A stretch of 64,000 nucleotides of DNA. It comes from Escherichia coli (GTDB lineage: Bacteria > Pseudomonadota > Gammaproteobacteria > Enterobacterales > Enterobacteriaceae). Under the pieces are notes generated by a model, which had not been told where the DNA came from, ran no database searches, and saw only the letters and a program-made list of their open reading frames with translations. The position numbers and the translations under genes were made by a program. The stretch lies in assembly GCF_002854065.1 (NCBI RefSeq), contig NZ_CP024147.1; one strand, written 5' to 3'. This document shows positions 20,289-32,202 of this stretch, piece after piece; the stretch's first letter is position 1, and every line of letters starts with the position of its first letter.

Positions 20289-21008
20289 ATGGATTTTTTT
20301 AGTGTGCAGAATATCCTGGTACATATACCAATAGGGGCAGGCGGTTATGATCTCTCATGGATCGAAGCGGTAGGCACGATCGCCGGGTTGCTGTGTATTG
20401 GCCTTGCCAGTCTGGAGAAGATCAGCAACTACTTCTTTGGCCTGATCAACGTCACCTTGTTTGGCATTATTTTCTTTCAGATTCAGCTGTATGCCAGCCT
20501 GCTATTACAGGTGTTTTTCTTTGCCGCGAATATTTACGGTTGGTATGCGTGGTCGCGACAAACCAGTCAGAACGAGGCGGAGTTGAAAATTCGCTGGTTA
20601 CCATTGCCGAAGGCATTAACCTGGCTGGCGGTTTGTGTCATTGCTATTGGTCTGATGACGGTATTTATCAATCCGGTGTTTGCATTTTTGACCCGCGTGG
20701 CAGTCATCATCATGCAAGCATTAGGATTACAGGTTGCGATGCCTGAACTACAACCGGACGCTTTCCCGTTCTGGGATTCTTGCATGATGGTGTTATCTAT
20801 CGTGGCAATGATTCTGATGACGCGTAAATATGTGGAAAACTGGCTGTTGTGGGTGATTATTAACGTGATTAGCGTCGTTATTTTTGCACTTCAGGGCGTT
20901 TACGCCATGTCTCTGGAGTACATCATCCTGACCTTTATTGCGCTCAACGGCAGCCGGATGTGGATCAACAGCGCACGCGAAAGAGGCTCACGCGCGCTGT
21001 CCCATTAA
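20289..21008 (+). CDS. pnuC: nicotinamide riboside transporter PnuC
   Basis: 239-aa membrane protein downstream of nadA. Confidence 0.95.
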   Translation: MDFFSVQNILVHIPIGAGGYDLSWIEAVGTIAGLLCIGLASLEKISNYFFGLINVTLFGIIFFQIQLYASLLLQVFFFAANIYGWYAWSRQTSQNEAELKIRWLPLPKALTWLAVCVIAIGLMTVFINPVFAFLTRVAVIIMQALGLQVAMPELQPDAFPFWDSCMMVLSIVAMILMTRKYVENWLLWVIINVISVVIFALQGVYAMSLEYIILTFIALNGSRMWINSARERGSRALSH

Positions 21009-21946
21009 TGGTGATGATGTGAATGGCCAGACACCCCTTCATTCAGGTGGCAGTCTGGCCCATGACAAGGTTGATATTCCATCTGAATGGTGGCGTGCTC
21101 AATCTGATAGTGATCCATCAGGTAGTGTTGGATCTGATCCAACAAGGCATCGTGATCGTGTGGCGGGATCACCTGCACATGCAACGTCATCACCGGCTTC
21201 TCGCCTACCATCCATACATGCACATGGTGCACATTGCGGACTTCCGGGATTTCCCGGCACATACGACGCTTCAGTTCAGCGATATCCAGCGATACCGGTG
21301 CACCTTCAAGTAATTCATTCACGCTATCTTTCAACAGTCGCCACGCGCTACGCAGAACCAGAAGCGACACCAGTATCGAGAGAATGGGGTCAGCAGGTGT
21401 CCAGCCGGTCCAGATAATAATCAACGCGGCAATAATAGCCCCAACCGAACCCAGCAGGTCCCCGAGCACATGCAGTGCCGCTGCTCGTACGTTGAGGTTT
21501 TTCTCTTCGCTGCCGTGATGAAGTAACCAGAAAGAAAGTATATTTGCCAGCAACCCAGCCACGGCAATTGCCATCATCATGCCGCCCTCGACCGGACGCG
21601 GCGTGCGGAAGCGTTCTATCGCCTCCCAGACAATCAAAATGGTAATTACCACCAGGGCGATGGCATTCACAAACGCCGCGAGCGTGGTCAGTCTTAGCCA
21701 ACCGAAAGTGTGGCGAATGGTGGGAGGACGACGTGAAAATTGCACGGCGAGTAGGGCGAAAAGCAGGGCGGCAGTATCGGTCAACATATGACCCGCATCG
21801 GCCAGCAAAGCCAGAGAACCAGAAAGAAAACCACCAACGACTTCTACCAGCATAAACCCGGCAGTCACGCCGAAAGCATACAACAAGCGACGAGCATTAT
21901 TATCTTCTGGCAGGTGTGAGGACGTGTGTGAGTGTGAGTGCGCCAT
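21005..21946 (-). CDS. zitB: zinc efflux transporter (cation diffusion facilitator) ZitB
   Basis: 313 aa, [27 protein letters not shown]..., His-rich termini; 4-nt convergent overlap with pnuC. Confidence 0.95.
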
Positions 21947-22059
21947 GACGAGTCATCCCTTAATTATTCTCACTTAACTTTATGACATCATACTGCTTTT
22001 AGAAGTGAAAAATTAAAAGGGAGAGACTCCGCTCTCCCATTATTGGCTATTTTGCAGGG

Positions 22060-22440
22060 TTACTGCGTGGTACCGTCGGTTTTGGTATCGACATCATTAT
22101 TGATGCCATCACCGGTTTGTACCTTTTTATTGATATCCGGACAGCGACCATCTTTGCACATGGTGTTCTTGTGCTCTTCATCTTTAGTCATTCCGTCATT
22201 GTTCATTGAAGAACCATCCGGATGCAGCATTGTGCCGCCAGAACCGTTATTTACCCCGTTATTGTCGACGTTATTTGGCGCGACATTTTCACGGGCGTCA
22301 GGGGCTACCTGGCCCGCATCAGCTGCGGCGTTTGCCTGGCCGTTATTAGTTTGCGCTCCGCTATCGGCAGCCAGTGCGGCACCGCTGGCAAGGCTTAGAG
22401 TGGCAGTCAGAAATAGTGTGGCCAGTTTTGTCATTTTCAT
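22060..22440 (-). CDS. ybgS: secreted low-complexity protein YbgS
   Basis: 126 aa, signal peptide [27 protein letters not shown]-rich. Confidence 0.9.
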   Translation of the reverse strand: MKMTKLATLFLTATLSLASGAALAADSGAQTNNGQANAAADAGQVAPDARENVAPNNVDNNGVNNGSGGTMLHPDGSSMNNDGMTKDEEHKNTMCKDGRCPDINKKVQTGDGINNDVDTKTDGTTQ

Positions 22441-22667
22441 AGGATGCTCCTGTTATGGTCGTTATGTCGGATAACCTCTTCCAACAGTGCATTTGCAGGT
22501 GAATATAAGACATTGGTTTAAGATTTCAGCCAGGCAAAGAAATCCAGCAGAGAATCTTGAAATAATTAACAAACAAAGGAGTTACAGTTAGAAATTGTAG
22601 GAGAGATCTCGTTTTTCGCGACAATCTGGCGTTTTTCTTGCTAATTCCAGGATTAATCCGTTCATAG

Positions 22668-22685
22668 TGTAAAACCCCGTTTACA
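22668..22685 (+). promoter_or_regulatory. TyrR box in aroG promoter
   Basis: tgtaaa-accccg-tttaca matches TGTAAA-N6-TTTACA exactly. Confidence 0.7.
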
Positions 22686-22755
22686 CATTCTGACGGAAGA
22701 TATAGATTGGAAGTATTGCATTCACTAAGATAAGTATGGCAACACTGGAACAGAC

Positions 22756-23808
22756 ATGAATTATCAGAACGACGATTTACGCATCAAAGAAATCAAAGAG
22801 TTACTTCCTCCTGTCGCATTGCTGGAAAAATTCCCCGCTACTGAAAATGCCGCTAATACGGTTGCCCATGCCCGAAAAGCGATCCATAAAATCCTGAAAG
22901 GGAATGATGATCGCCTGTTAGTGGTGATTGGTCCGTGCTCAATTCATGATCCTGTAGCGGCTAAAGAGTACGCAACTCGCTTGTTGGCGCTGCGTGAAGA
23001 GCTGAAAGATGAGCTGGAAATCGTAATGCGCGTCTATTTTGAAAAGCCGCGCACCACGGTGGGCTGGAAAGGGCTGATTAACGATCCGCATATGGACAAT
23101 AGCTTCCAGATCAACGACGGTTTGCGTATTGCCCGTAAATTGCTGCTTGATATTAACGACAGCGGTCTGCCAGCGGCGGGTGAGTTTCTCGATATGATCA
23201 CCCCACAATATCTCGCTGACCTGATGAGCTGGGGCGCAATTGGCGCACGTACCACCGAATCGCAGGTGCACCGCGAACTGGCATCAGGGCTTTCTTGTCC
23301 GGTCGGCTTCAAAAATGGCACCGACGGTACGATTAAAGTGGCTATCGATGCCATTAATGCCGCCGGTGCGCCGCACTGCTTCCTGTCCGTAACGAAATGG
23401 GGGCATTCGGCGATTGTGAATACCAGCGGTAACGGTGATTGCCATATCATTCTGCGCGGCGGTAAAGAGCCTAACTACAGCGCGAAGCACGTTGCTGAAG
23501 TGAAAGAAGGGCTGAACAAAGCAGGCCTGCCAGCACAGATGATGATCGATTTCAGCCATGCTAACTCGTCAAAACAATTCAAAAAGCAGATGGATGTTTG
23601 TGCTGACGTTTGCCAGCAGATTGCCGGTGGCGAAAAGGCCATTATCGGTGTGATGGTGGAAAGTCATCTGGTTGAAGGCAATCAGAGCCTGGAGAGCGGG
23701 GAGCCGCTGGCCTATGGTAAGAGCATCACCGATGCCTGCATTGGCTGGGAAGATACCGATGCTCTGTTACGTCAACTGGCGAATGCAGTAAAAGCGCGTC
23801 GCGGGTAA
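22756..23808 (+). CDS. aroG: DAHP synthase, Phe-sensitive
   Basis: 350 aa, MNYQNDDLRIKEIKELLPPVALLEKFPATENAANTVAHARKAIHKILKGNDDRLLVVIGPCSIHD... Confidence 0.97.
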   Translation: MNYQNDDLRIKEIKELLPPVALLEKFPATENAANTVAHARKAIHKILKGNDDRLLVVIGPCSIHDPVAAKEYATRLLALREELKDELEIVMRVYFEKPRTTVGWKGLINDPHMDNSFQINDGLRIARKLLLDINDSGLPAAGEFLDMITPQYLADLMSWGAIGARTTESQVHRELASGLSCPVGFKNGTDGTIKVAIDAINAAGAPHCFLSVTKWGHSAIVNTSGNGDCHIILRGGKEPNYSAKHVAEVKEGLNKAGLPAQMMIDFSHANSSKQFKKQMDVCADVCQQIAGGEKAIIGVMVESHLVEGNQSLESGEPLAYGKSITDACIGWEDTDALLRQLANAVKARRG

Positions 23809-23839
23809 TTTATAGTCGAATCGCCATGACTGTACGTTT

Positions 23840-23876
23840 GTAGCCCTGATAAGACGCGCAGCGTCGCATCAGGCAA
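23840..23876. repeat. REP (repetitive extragenic palindrome)
   Basis: gccctgataagacgcgcagcgtcgcatcaggc palindromic unit between aroG and gpmA. Confidence 0.7.
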
Positions 23877-23903
23877 TGTGCTCCATTGGTAGCAACGACA
23901 AAC

Positions 23904-23940
23904 AAAAAAGCCGACTCACTTGCAGTCGGCTTTCTCATTT
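23904..23940. terminator. bidirectional rho-independent terminator (aroG / gpmA)
   Basis: gccgact-cacttgca-agtcggc hairpin flanked by A-run and T-run. Confidence 0.65.
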
Positions 23941-23955
23941 TTAAACGAATAACGT

Positions 23956-24708
23956 TTACTTCGCTTTACCCTGATTAGCAACCGCCGCTGCTTTCGCCGC
24001 GATCTCGTCAGCATTACCCAGATAATAGCGTTTCAGCGGTTTGAAATTCTCGTCGAACTCATACACCAGCGGCACGCCTGTCGGGATATTCAGCTCAAGA
24101 ATCTCTTCTTCGCTCATATTATCGAGATATTTCACCAACGCACGCAGAGAGTTACCGTGTGCAGCGATGATCACGCGCTCACCGCTCTTCATACGCGGCA
24201 GAATGGTTTCATTCCAGTAAGGGATCACGCGGTCAATGGTCAGCGCCAGGCTTTCCGTCAGCGGCAGCTCTTTCTCGCTCAGTTTCGCGTAACGCGGATC
24301 GTGACCCGGATAACGCTCATCATCTTTAGTCAGTTCCGGCGGAGTCACTGCAAAACCACGACGCCACTGTTTCACCTGCTCGTCGCCATACTTTTCAGCA
24401 GTTTCCGCTTTGTTCAGACCCTGCAACGCACCGTAGTGACGTTCGTTCAGTTTCCAGGATTTCTCTACGGGCAGCCATGCCTGATCCAGTTCGTCCAGCA
24501 CATTCCACAGGGTATGGATAGCGCGTTTCAGCACAGAGGTGTAAGCAAAGTCAAAGCTGTAACCTTCCTCTTTCAGCAGCTTACCTGCTGCTTTTGCTTC
24601 GCTTACGCCTTTCTCAGACAGATCCACGTCGTACCAACCGGTGAAACGGTTTTCTTTGTTCCACTGACTTTCGCCATGACGAACCAGAACCAGCTTAGTT
24701 ACAGCCAT
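23956..24708 (-). CDS. gpmA: 2,3-bisphosphoglycerate-dependent phosphoglycerate mutase
   Basis: 250 aa from [25 protein letters not shown]...; track ORF trimmed by 5 codons. Confidence 0.97.
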
Positions 24709-24733
24709 ATACTTACTCCTCAAATCATCTTTT

Positions 24734-24754
24734 AATGATAATAATTCTCATTAT
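24734..24754 (-). promoter_or_regulatory. Fur-box-like sequence in gpmA promoter
   Basis: aatgataataattctcattat resembles GATAATGATAATCATTATC. Confidence 0.5.
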
Positions 24755-24909
24755 ATTGCCGTGACGAAGCAACAGCAATGCTTACGCATAACCATAGCGA
24801 AAATAGTGGCGCAGTGTAAGGTTGTTGTGAATATTGAGTTGCAAATATGTCGGCGTTTGCTGGTGATTTGAACAATATGAGATAAAGCCCTCATGACGAG
24901 GGCTTAACA

Positions 24910-25950
24910 TTACTCAGCAATAAACTGATATTCCGTCAGGCTGGAATACTCTTCGCCAGGACGCAGGAAGCAGTCCGGTTGCGGCCATTCAGGGTGGTTC
25001 GGGCTGTCCGGCAGAAACTCGCTTTCCAACGCCAGCCCTTGCCAGTCGGCGTAAGGTTCGGTTCCCCGCGACGGTGTGCCGCCGAGGAAGTTGCCGGAGT
25101 AGAATTGCAGAGCCGGAGCGGTGGTGTAGACCTTCAGCTGCAATTTTTCATCTGCTGACCAGACATGCGCCGCCACTTTCTTGCCATCGCCTTTGGCCTG
25201 TAACAAGAACGCGTGATCGTAACCTTTCACTTTGCGCTGATCGTCGTCGGCAAGAAACTCACTGGCGATGATTTTGGCGCTGCGGAAATCAAAAGACGTT
25301 CCGGCGACAGATTTCAGGCCGTCGTGCGGAATGCCGCCTTCATCAACCGGCAGATATTCGTCCGCCAGAATCTGCAACTTGTGATTGCGCACGTCAGACT
25401 GCTCGCCGTCAAGATTGAAATAGACGTGATTAGTCATATTCACCGGGCAAGGTTTATCAACTGTGGCGCGATAAGTAATGGAGATACGGTTATCGTCGGT
25501 CAGACGATATTGCACCGTCGCGCCGAGATTACCCGGGAAGCCCTGATCGCCATCATCTGAACTCAGGGCAAACAGCACCTGACGATCGTTCTGGTTCACA
25601 ATCTGCCAGCGACGTTTGTCGAACCCTTCCGGGCCGCCGTGCAGCTGGTTAACGCCCTGACTTGGCGAAAGCGTCACGGTTTCACCGTCAAAGGTATAAC
25701 GGCTATTGGCGATGCGGTTGGCATAACGACCAATAGAGGCCCCCAGAAACGCGGCCTGATCCTGATAGCATTCCGGGCTGGCACAGCCGAGCAGCGCCTC
25801 GCGGACGCTGCCATCGGAAAGCGGAATACGGGCTGAAAGTAAAGTCGCACCCCAGTCCATCAGCGTGACTACCATCCCTGCGTTGTTACGCAAAGTTAAC
25901 AGTCGGTACGGCTGACCATCGGGTGCCAGTGCGGGAGTTTCGTTCAGCAC
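24910..25950 (-). CDS. galM: galactose mutarotase (aldose 1-epimerase)
   Basis: 346 aa; last gene of the gal operon. Confidence 0.97.
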
Positions 25951-27092
25951 TGTCCTGCTCCTTGTGATGGTTTACAAACGTAAAAAGTCTCTTTAATACC
26001 TGTTTTTGCTTCATATTGTTCAGCGACAGCTTGCTGTACGGCAGGCACCAGCTCTTCCGGAATAAGCGCGACGATACAGCCGCCAAATCCGCCGCCGGTC
26101 ATGCGTACGCCACCTTTGTCGCCAATCACAGCTTTGACGATTTCTACCAGAGTGTCAATTTGCGGCACGGTGATTTCGAAATCATCGCGCATAGAGGCAT
26201 GAGACTCCGCCATCAACTCGCCCATACGTTTCAGGTCGCCTTGCTCCAGCGCGCTGGCAGCTTCAACGGTGCGGGCGTTTTCAGTCAGGATATGACGCAC
26301 GCGTTTCGCCACGATTGGGTCCAGCTCATGTGCAACAGCGTTGAACTCTTCAATGGTGACATCGCGCAGAGCTGGCTGCTGGAAGAAACGCGCACCGGTT
26401 TCGCACTGTTCACGACGGGTGTTGTATTCGCTGCCAACCAGGGTACGTTTGAAGTTACTGTTGATGATGACGACAGCCACACCTTTCGGCATGGAAACTG
26501 CTTTGGTCCCCAGTGAGCGACAGTCAATCAGCAAGGCATGATCTTTCTTGCCGAGTGCGGAAATTAGCTGATCCATGATCCCGCAGTTACAGCCAACAAA
26601 CTGGTTTTCTGCTTCCTGACCGTTAAGCGCGATTTGTGCGCCGTCCAGCGGCAGATGATAAAGCTGCTGCAATACGGTTCCGACCGCGACTTCCAGTGAA
26701 GCGGAAGAACTTAACCCGGCACCCTGCGGCACATTGCCGCTGATCACCATGTCCACACCGCCGAAGCTGTTGTTACGCAGTTGCAGATGTTTCACCACGC
26801 CACGAACGTAGTTCGCCCATTGATAGTTTTCATGCGCGACAATGGGCGCATCGAGGGAAAACTCGTCGAGCTGATTTTCATAATCGGCTGCCATTACGCG
26901 AACTTTACGGTCATCGCGTGGCGCACAACTGATCACGGTTTGATAATCAATCGCGCAGGGCAGAACGAAACCGTCGTTGTAGTCGGTGTGTTCACCAATC
27001 AAATTCACGCGGCCAGGCGCCTGAATGGTGTGAGTGGCAGGGTAGCCAAATGCGTTGGCAAACAGAGATTGCGTTTTTTCTTTCAGACTCAT
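25944..27092 (-). CDS. galK: galactokinase
   Basis: 382 aa, [45 protein letters not shown]... Confidence 0.97.
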
Positions 27093-27095
27093 TTC

Positions 27096-28142
27096 TTACA
27101 CTCCGGATTCGCGAAAATGGATATCGCTGACTGCGCGCAAACGCTCTGCTGCCTGTTCTGCGGTCAGGTCTCGCTGGGTCTCTGCCAGCATTTCATAACC
27201 AACCATAAATTTACGTACGGTGGCGGAGCGCAACAGAGGCGGATAAAAGTGCGCGTGCAGCTGCCAGTGTTGATTCTCTTCGCCATTAAATGGCGCGCCG
27301 TGCCAGCCCATAGAGTAGGGGAAGGAGCACTGGAAGAGGTTGTCATAACGACTGGTCAGCTTTTTCAACGCCAGCGCCAGATCGCTGCGCTGGGCGTCGG
27401 TCAAATCGGTGATCCGTAAAACGTGGGCTTTGGGCATAAGTAGCGTTTCGAACGGCCAGGCAGCCCAGTAAGGCACAACTGCTAACCAGTGTTCGGTTTC
27501 GACAACGGTACGGCTACCGTCTGCCAGCTCGCGCTGAACATAATCCACCAGCATTGGTGATTTCTGCTCGGCAAAAAATTCTTTTTGCAGGCGGTCTTCG
27601 CGCTCAGCTTCGTTAGGCAGGAAGCTATTTGCCCAAACCTGTCCGTGCGGATGCGGGTTAGAGCAGCCCATCGCCGCGCCTTTGTTTTCAAAGACCTGCA
27701 CCCATGGGTACGTTTTCCCCAGTTCTGCGGTTTGCTCCTGCCAGGTTTTGACGATTTCCGTCAATGCCGCAACACTGAGCTCTGGCAGCGTTTTACTGTG
27801 ATCCGGTGAAAAGCAGATCACCCGGCTGGTACCGCGCGCGCTCTGGCAACGCATCAGCGGATCGTTGCTTTCTGGCGCATCTGGCGTGTCAGACATCAAG
27901 GCCGCAAAGTCATTAGTGAAAACGTAAGTCCCGGTGTAATCGGGGTTTTTATCGCCTGTCACCCGCACATTACCTGCGCAGAGGAAGCAATCTGGATCGT
28001 GCGCAGGTAACACCTGTTTGGCTGGCGTTTCCTGCGCCCCCTGCCAGGGGCGCTTAGCGCGGTGCGGTGAAACCAGAATCCATTGCCCGGTGAGCGGGTT
28101 GTAGCGGCGATGTGGATGATCAACGGGATTAAATTGCGTCAT
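27096..28142 (-). CDS. galT: galactose-1-phosphate uridylyltransferase
   Basis: 348 aa, [35 protein letters not shown]... Confidence 0.97.
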   Translation of the reverse strand: MTQFNPVDHPHRRYNPLTGQWILVSPHRAKRPWQGAQETPAKQVLPAHDPDCFLCAGNVRVTGDKNPDYTGTYVFTNDFAALMSDTPDAPESNDPLMRCQSARGTSRVICFSPDHSKTLPELSVAALTEIVKTWQEQTAELGKTYPWVQVFENKGAAMGCSNPHPHGQVWANSFLPNEAEREDRLQKEFFAEQKSPMLVDYVQRELADGSRTVVETEHWLAVVPYWAAWPFETLLMPKAHVLRITDLTDAQRSDLALALKKLTSRYDNLFQCSFPYSMGWHGAPFNGEENQHWQLHAHFYPPLLRSATVRKFMVGYEMLAETQRDLTAEQAAERLRAVSDIHFRESGV

Positions 28143-28151
28143 GGTTGTTCC

Positions 28152-29168
28152 TTAATCGGGATATCCCTGTGGATGGCGTGACTGCCAGTGCCAGGTGTCC
28201 TGCGCCATTTCATCGAGTGTGCGCGTTACGCGCCAGTTCAGTTCACGGTCAGCTTTGCTGGCGTCCGCCCAGTAGGCCGGAAGGTCGCCCTCGCGACGCG
28301 GTGCAAAATGATAGTTAACCGGTTTGCCGCAGGCTTTGCTGAAGGCATTAACCACGTCCAGCACGCTGCTGCCTACGCCAGCACCGAGGTTGTAGATGTG
28401 TACGCCTGGCTTGTTCGCCAGTTTTTCCATCGCCACGACGTGACCGTCCGCCAGATCCATTACGTGGATGTAATCGCGTACGCCAGTACCGTCTTCGGTC
28501 GGATAATCGTTACCAAAAATCGCCAGCGAGTCGCGACGGCCTACAGCAACCTGGGCGATGTATGGCATCAGGTTATTCGGAATGCCTTGCGGATCTTCGC
28601 CCATATCGCCCGACGGATGCGCGCCAACCGGGTTGAAGTAGCGCAGCAGGGCAATGCTCCAGTCCGGCTGGGCTTTTTGCAGATCGGTGAGGATCTGTTC
28701 CACCATCAGCTTGCTTTTGCCGTAAGGGCTTTGCGGTGTGCCGGTCGGGAAGCTTTCAACGTATGGAATTTTGGGCTGATCGCCATAAACGGTGGCGGAG
28801 GAGCTAAAAATAAAGTTTTTGACGTTAGCGGCGCGCATGGCGCTAATCAGGCGCAGAGTACCGTTGACATTGTTGTCGTAATATTCCAGCGGTTTTTGTA
28901 CCGATTCGCCAACGGCTTTCAGCCCGGCGAAGTGGATCACGGTGTCGATAGCGTGATCGTGCAGGATCTCGGTCATCAACGCTTCGTTACGGATATCGCC
29001 TTCAACAAACGTTGGATGTTTGCCGCCTAAACGCTCGATAACAGGCAGTACGCTGCGCTTACTGTTACAGAGGTTATCAAGAATGATGACATCATGACCG
29101 TTTTGCAGTAATTGCACACAGGTATGACTTCCAATGTAACCGCTACCACCGGTGACCAGAACTCTCAT
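28152..29168 (-). CDS. galE: UDP-glucose 4-epimerase
   Basis: 338 aa from MRVLVTGGSGYIGSHTCVQLL...; track ORF trimmed by 14 codons. Confidence 0.97.
   Translation of the reverse strand: MRVLVTGGSGYIGSHTCVQLLQNGHDVIILDNLCNSKRSVLPVIERLGGKHPTFVEGDIRNEALMTEILHDHAIDTVIHFAGLKAVGESVQKPLEYYDNNVNGTLRLISAMRAANVKNFIFSSSATVYGDQPKIPYVESFPTGTPQSPYGKSKLMVEQILTDLQKAQPDWSIALLRYFNPVGAHPSGDMGEDPQGIPNNLMPYIAQVAVGRRDSLAIFGNDYPTEDGTGVRDYIHVMDLADGHVVAMEKLANKPGVHIYNLGAGVGSSVLDVVNAFSKACGKPVNYHFAPRREGDLPAYWADASKADRELNWRVTRTLDEMAQDTWHWQSRHPQGYPD
29134..29149 (-). promoter_or_regulatory. gal internal operator OI (GalR/GalS)
   Basis: Plus-strand atgtaaccgctaccac is the reverse complement of GTGGTAGCGGTTACAT, inside the galE 5' coding region. 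Confidence 0.8.
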
Positions 29169-29225
29169 AATTCGCTCCATTAGGCTTATGGTATGAAATA
29201 ACCATAGCATAACAAAGATGCGAAA

Positions 29226-29247
29226 AGTGTGACATGGAATAAATTAG
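29226..29247 (-). promoter_or_regulatory. CRP site of gal promoter
   Basis: agtgtgacatggaataaattag contains the TGTGA half-site at the expected position upstream of galE. Confidence 0.6.
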
Positions 29248-29262
29248 TGGAATCGTTTACAC
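29247..29262 (-). promoter_or_regulatory. gal external operator OE (GalR/GalS)
   Basis: gtggaatcgtttacac is the reverse complement of GTGTAAACGATTCCAC. Confidence 0.8.
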
Positions 29263-29429
29263 AAGAGTTTTGCCATTTTTTATGTGCGATTAAGTGATTA
29301 TAAAACAGAGGGTTTATGAATGATTGCGCTTTTTATCTGAAAAAAAGACGCGGTTTCATGCCTGCATGTGTCGAACCGTTGGCCGGAGAGGGCGCTTAGG
29401 CCGCCTCCGGCAAGGTCAGCACTACCGAC

Positions 29430-30902
29430 TCAATATATTTTTGTCAGCACATAGCGATAGAGTCCACCGTCCGGCACGAACTCAAGACGATGGGTAATAC
29501 AGGCAGGCGCATCTTCAGCGTGGTGCGAAACAAACAACAATTGCGTTTCACCTTCGCTAATCAGCACATCAACAAAACGGCGGATAAGCTGGCGATTCAG
29601 CGGATCAAGCCCCTGTAGTGGTTCATCGAGAATAAGCAACGTCGGATGTTTCACCAGTGCGCGGACAATCAGCGCCAGACGCTGCTGTCCCCAGGAAAGA
29701 CTATGGAACGGAGCGTCAGCCGTGCGTTTATCAATGCCGAGAATATCCAGCCACTGCTGCACCAGTTTTTGCTGGCGATCCGAAACGGCCTGATAAATGC
29801 CAATCGAATCGAAATAGCCAGAAAGAATCACATTACGCACCGTGGTGCTGACCCGGTAATCCAGATGCAAACTACTGCTGACGTAACCGATATGCTTTTT
29901 GATGTCCCAGATGGTTTCGCCGCTGCCGCGACGTCGGCCGAAAAGCGTCAAATCGTTGCTGTAACCTTGCGGATGATCGCCAGTAATCAGGCTTAATAAC
30001 GTCGATTTTCCCGCACCATTTGGCCCGACAATTTGCCAGTGCTCGCCAGGATTCACCTGCCAGCTAAGGTTATTAAGAATGGGGCGATCATTATAAGAAA
30101 CCACGCCATTATTCAGCACAATGCGCGGTTCGTTGGTGGGTAAGGCGTGACGTGCTGAAGGTTCATCCGGCTCCGGCAGTTGCACACCTACAAGCTGTTC
30201 GCTATGCGCCAGTTGCGCGACGAGTGCTTGCTGGAGCAGTTCCTCTTTAGCGCCAGTTTCCGCTAAAGTACAATCCGCCAGCACGCCAGCAAACTGGACA
30301 AATTCCGGGATCTCATCGAAGCGATTGAGCACCAGTACCAGAGTAATACCGGACTGATGTAACGAGGCGAGTCGCTCAGCCAGCTGCTGACGTGAGGCAA
30401 CATCAAGGCCATCGAACGGCTCATCAAGAATCAACAAGTCAGGCTCCGACATCAGAGCCTGACACAGCAGGGTTTTTCGCGTCTCGCCAGTGGAAAGGTA
30501 TTTAAAGCGTCGGTCGAGGAGGGCGGTAATACCGAACTGCTGTGCCAGTTGCATGCAGCGCGGTGCATCCTTTACTTCATCCTGAATAATCTCAGCCGTA
30601 GAGCGTCCGGTGTCATCTTCGCCAGGGCCGAGCATATCGGTGTTATTCCGCTGCCATTCGTCGCTGACGAGCTTTTGCAATTGCTCGAAGGAGAGACGAG
30701 TGATGTGGGAAAACTGGCTTTGCCGTTCACCTTTCAAAAGCGGAAGTTCCCCCGCCAGCGCGCGGGCCAGGGCCGATTTCCCGCTTCCATTCGAACCGAC
30801 AAACGCCCAACTATCCCCCGCGTTTAACGTTAGCTGAGGCAATTGCAGCGTTTTTGTGTCGCCAAGACGAAACGTGCCTTGCAAGATTTGCAATGATGAC
30901 AT
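29430..30902 (-). CDS. modF: ABC-family ATPase ModF (two ATP-binding cassettes)
   Basis: 490 aa from MSSLQILQGTF...; two Walker A motifs (GSNGSGKS, GPNGAGKS); track ORF trimmed by 4 codons. Confidence 0.95.
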   Translation of the reverse strand: MSSLQILQGTFRLGDTKTLQLPQLTLNAGDSWAFVGSNGSGKSALARALAGELPLLKGERQSQFSHITRLSFEQLQKLVSDEWQRNNTDMLGPGEDDTGRSTAEIIQDEVKDAPRCMQLAQQFGITALLDRRFKYLSTGETRKTLLCQALMSEPDLLILDEPFDGLDVASRQQLAERLASLHQSGITLVLVLNRFDEIPEFVQFAGVLADCTLAETGAKEELLQQALVAQLAHSEQLVGVQLPEPDEPSARHALPTNEPRIVLNNGVVSYNDRPILNNLSWQVNPGEHWQIVGPNGAGKSTLLSLITGDHPQGYSNDLTLFGRRRGSGETIWDIKKHIGYVSSSLHLDYRVSTTVRNVILSGYFDSIGIYQAVSDRQQKLVQQWLDILGIDKRTADAPFHSLSWGQQRLALIVRALVKHPTLLILDEPLQGLDPLNRQLIRRFVDVLISEGETQLLFVSHHAEDAPACITHRLEFVPDGGLYRYVLTKIY

Positions 30903-30969
30903 TTTATATCCCATTTTGTGCAGCGATTACTGACAGGGATACGTGTTTCATAACAAATTGTCAACACGC

Positions 30970-31758
30970 TTAGCACAGCGTGGCGATAATCACGCTGTCG
31001 GCATTAAAGTAGGCCGTGACATTCTGTCCTTGCTGAAGAGAAGTCGCTTCATTTACCGGCACTGTGGCGCACAGTGTTTGCCCGTCCGGTAGCGCCATTA
31101 ATACTTCGCACTGCTCTGCGCCGCGCTCAATATGACTAATAATACCCGGTAATTGGTTGTCAGCGTTTTGCGCGACCGCTTCGTCCTGAGTAATGCCTAC
31201 CCACGGCGCTTTTAGCAATATCAACACTTCTTTGCCTTCATCCAGCCCCAGACGCGCGCCGCTTTGTGCGGTAATTGCGACTTTCAGGCGTGTTTTTCCA
31301 TCAGCCAGTAAGACATCAACATGCTGTTGAACGTCATCATGATCGCGGGCGGTGATGGTACCGAACCACTGGTTACGGGCGCTGGTTTGCAGTGAAAAAC
31401 GTGAGATCGCGGCCAGCAGGCTGTTCAGCGGCAGGGCGTCATCGTCACTTAACACATCAAAGGCTTTTTGCTGGATTTGCGCCAGTAAGTCATAGAGCTG
31501 AATCAGTCGCTGACCATAGCGGGTCAGTACTGCGCCGCCGCCACCTTTACCGCCTGTTGCACGCTCGACCAGAATATGCTCACTTAACTGATTCATCTCG
31601 TTAATGGCATCCCAGGCGCTTTTATAGCTGATACCGGCATCTTTCGCTCCCTGGCTAATGGAACCGGAAAGCGCAATGTGTTTTAGTAGCGAAATGCGGC
31701 GCGGGTCGGCGAATAATTTTTGTTGGAGCTTAAGGGTGAGAAGGATTTCGGCCTGCAT
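30970..31758 (-). CDS. modE: molybdate-responsive transcriptional regulator ModE
   Basis: 262 aa, MQAEILLTLKLQQKLFADPRRISLLKHIALSGSISQGAKDAGISYKSAW... Confidence 0.97.
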   Translation of the reverse strand: MQAEILLTLKLQQKLFADPRRISLLKHIALSGSISQGAKDAGISYKSAWDAINEMNQLSEHILVERATGGKGGGGAVLTRYGQRLIQLYDLLAQIQQKAFDVLSDDDALPLNSLLAAISRFSLQTSARNQWFGTITARDHDDVQQHVDVLLADGKTRLKVAITAQSGARLGLDEGKEVLILLKAPWVGITQDEAVAQNADNQLPGIISHIERGAEQCEVLMALPDGQTLCATVPVNEATSLQQGQNVTAYFNADSVIIATLC

Positions 31759-31868
31759 AACAATGTCCTGGCAAAAGTCTTATTGTGACGGAAAACGAAC
31801 GCCACGCAAAGCTGACCGCACAAAAGGGGAGTGCTTTTCTGTGCTTAGCGGTTAGAATAGTCTCATGA

Positions 31869-32036
<168 letters not shown>

Positions 32037-32159
32037 TTCCCTGAATGCCCGCTTAGTCGGGCATTTTCTTTTTCTCAACTTCCTGCTTTTCCTGCCGATA
32101 TTTTTTCTTATCTACCTCACAAAGGTTAGCAATAACTGCTGGGAAAATTCCGAGTTAGT

Positions 32160-32183
32160 CGTTATATTGTCGCCTACATAACG
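32160..32183 (+). promoter_or_regulatory. ModE operator at the modA promoter
   Basis: Palindrome cgttatat-tgtcgcc-tacataacg directly upstream of modA. Confidence 0.75.
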
Positions 32184-32202
32184 TTACATTAAGGGGTTAC
32201 CA

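Noticed and set aside
28188-29030. 280-aa plus-strand ORF inside galE
   Set aside because: Antisense shadow ORF within galE.
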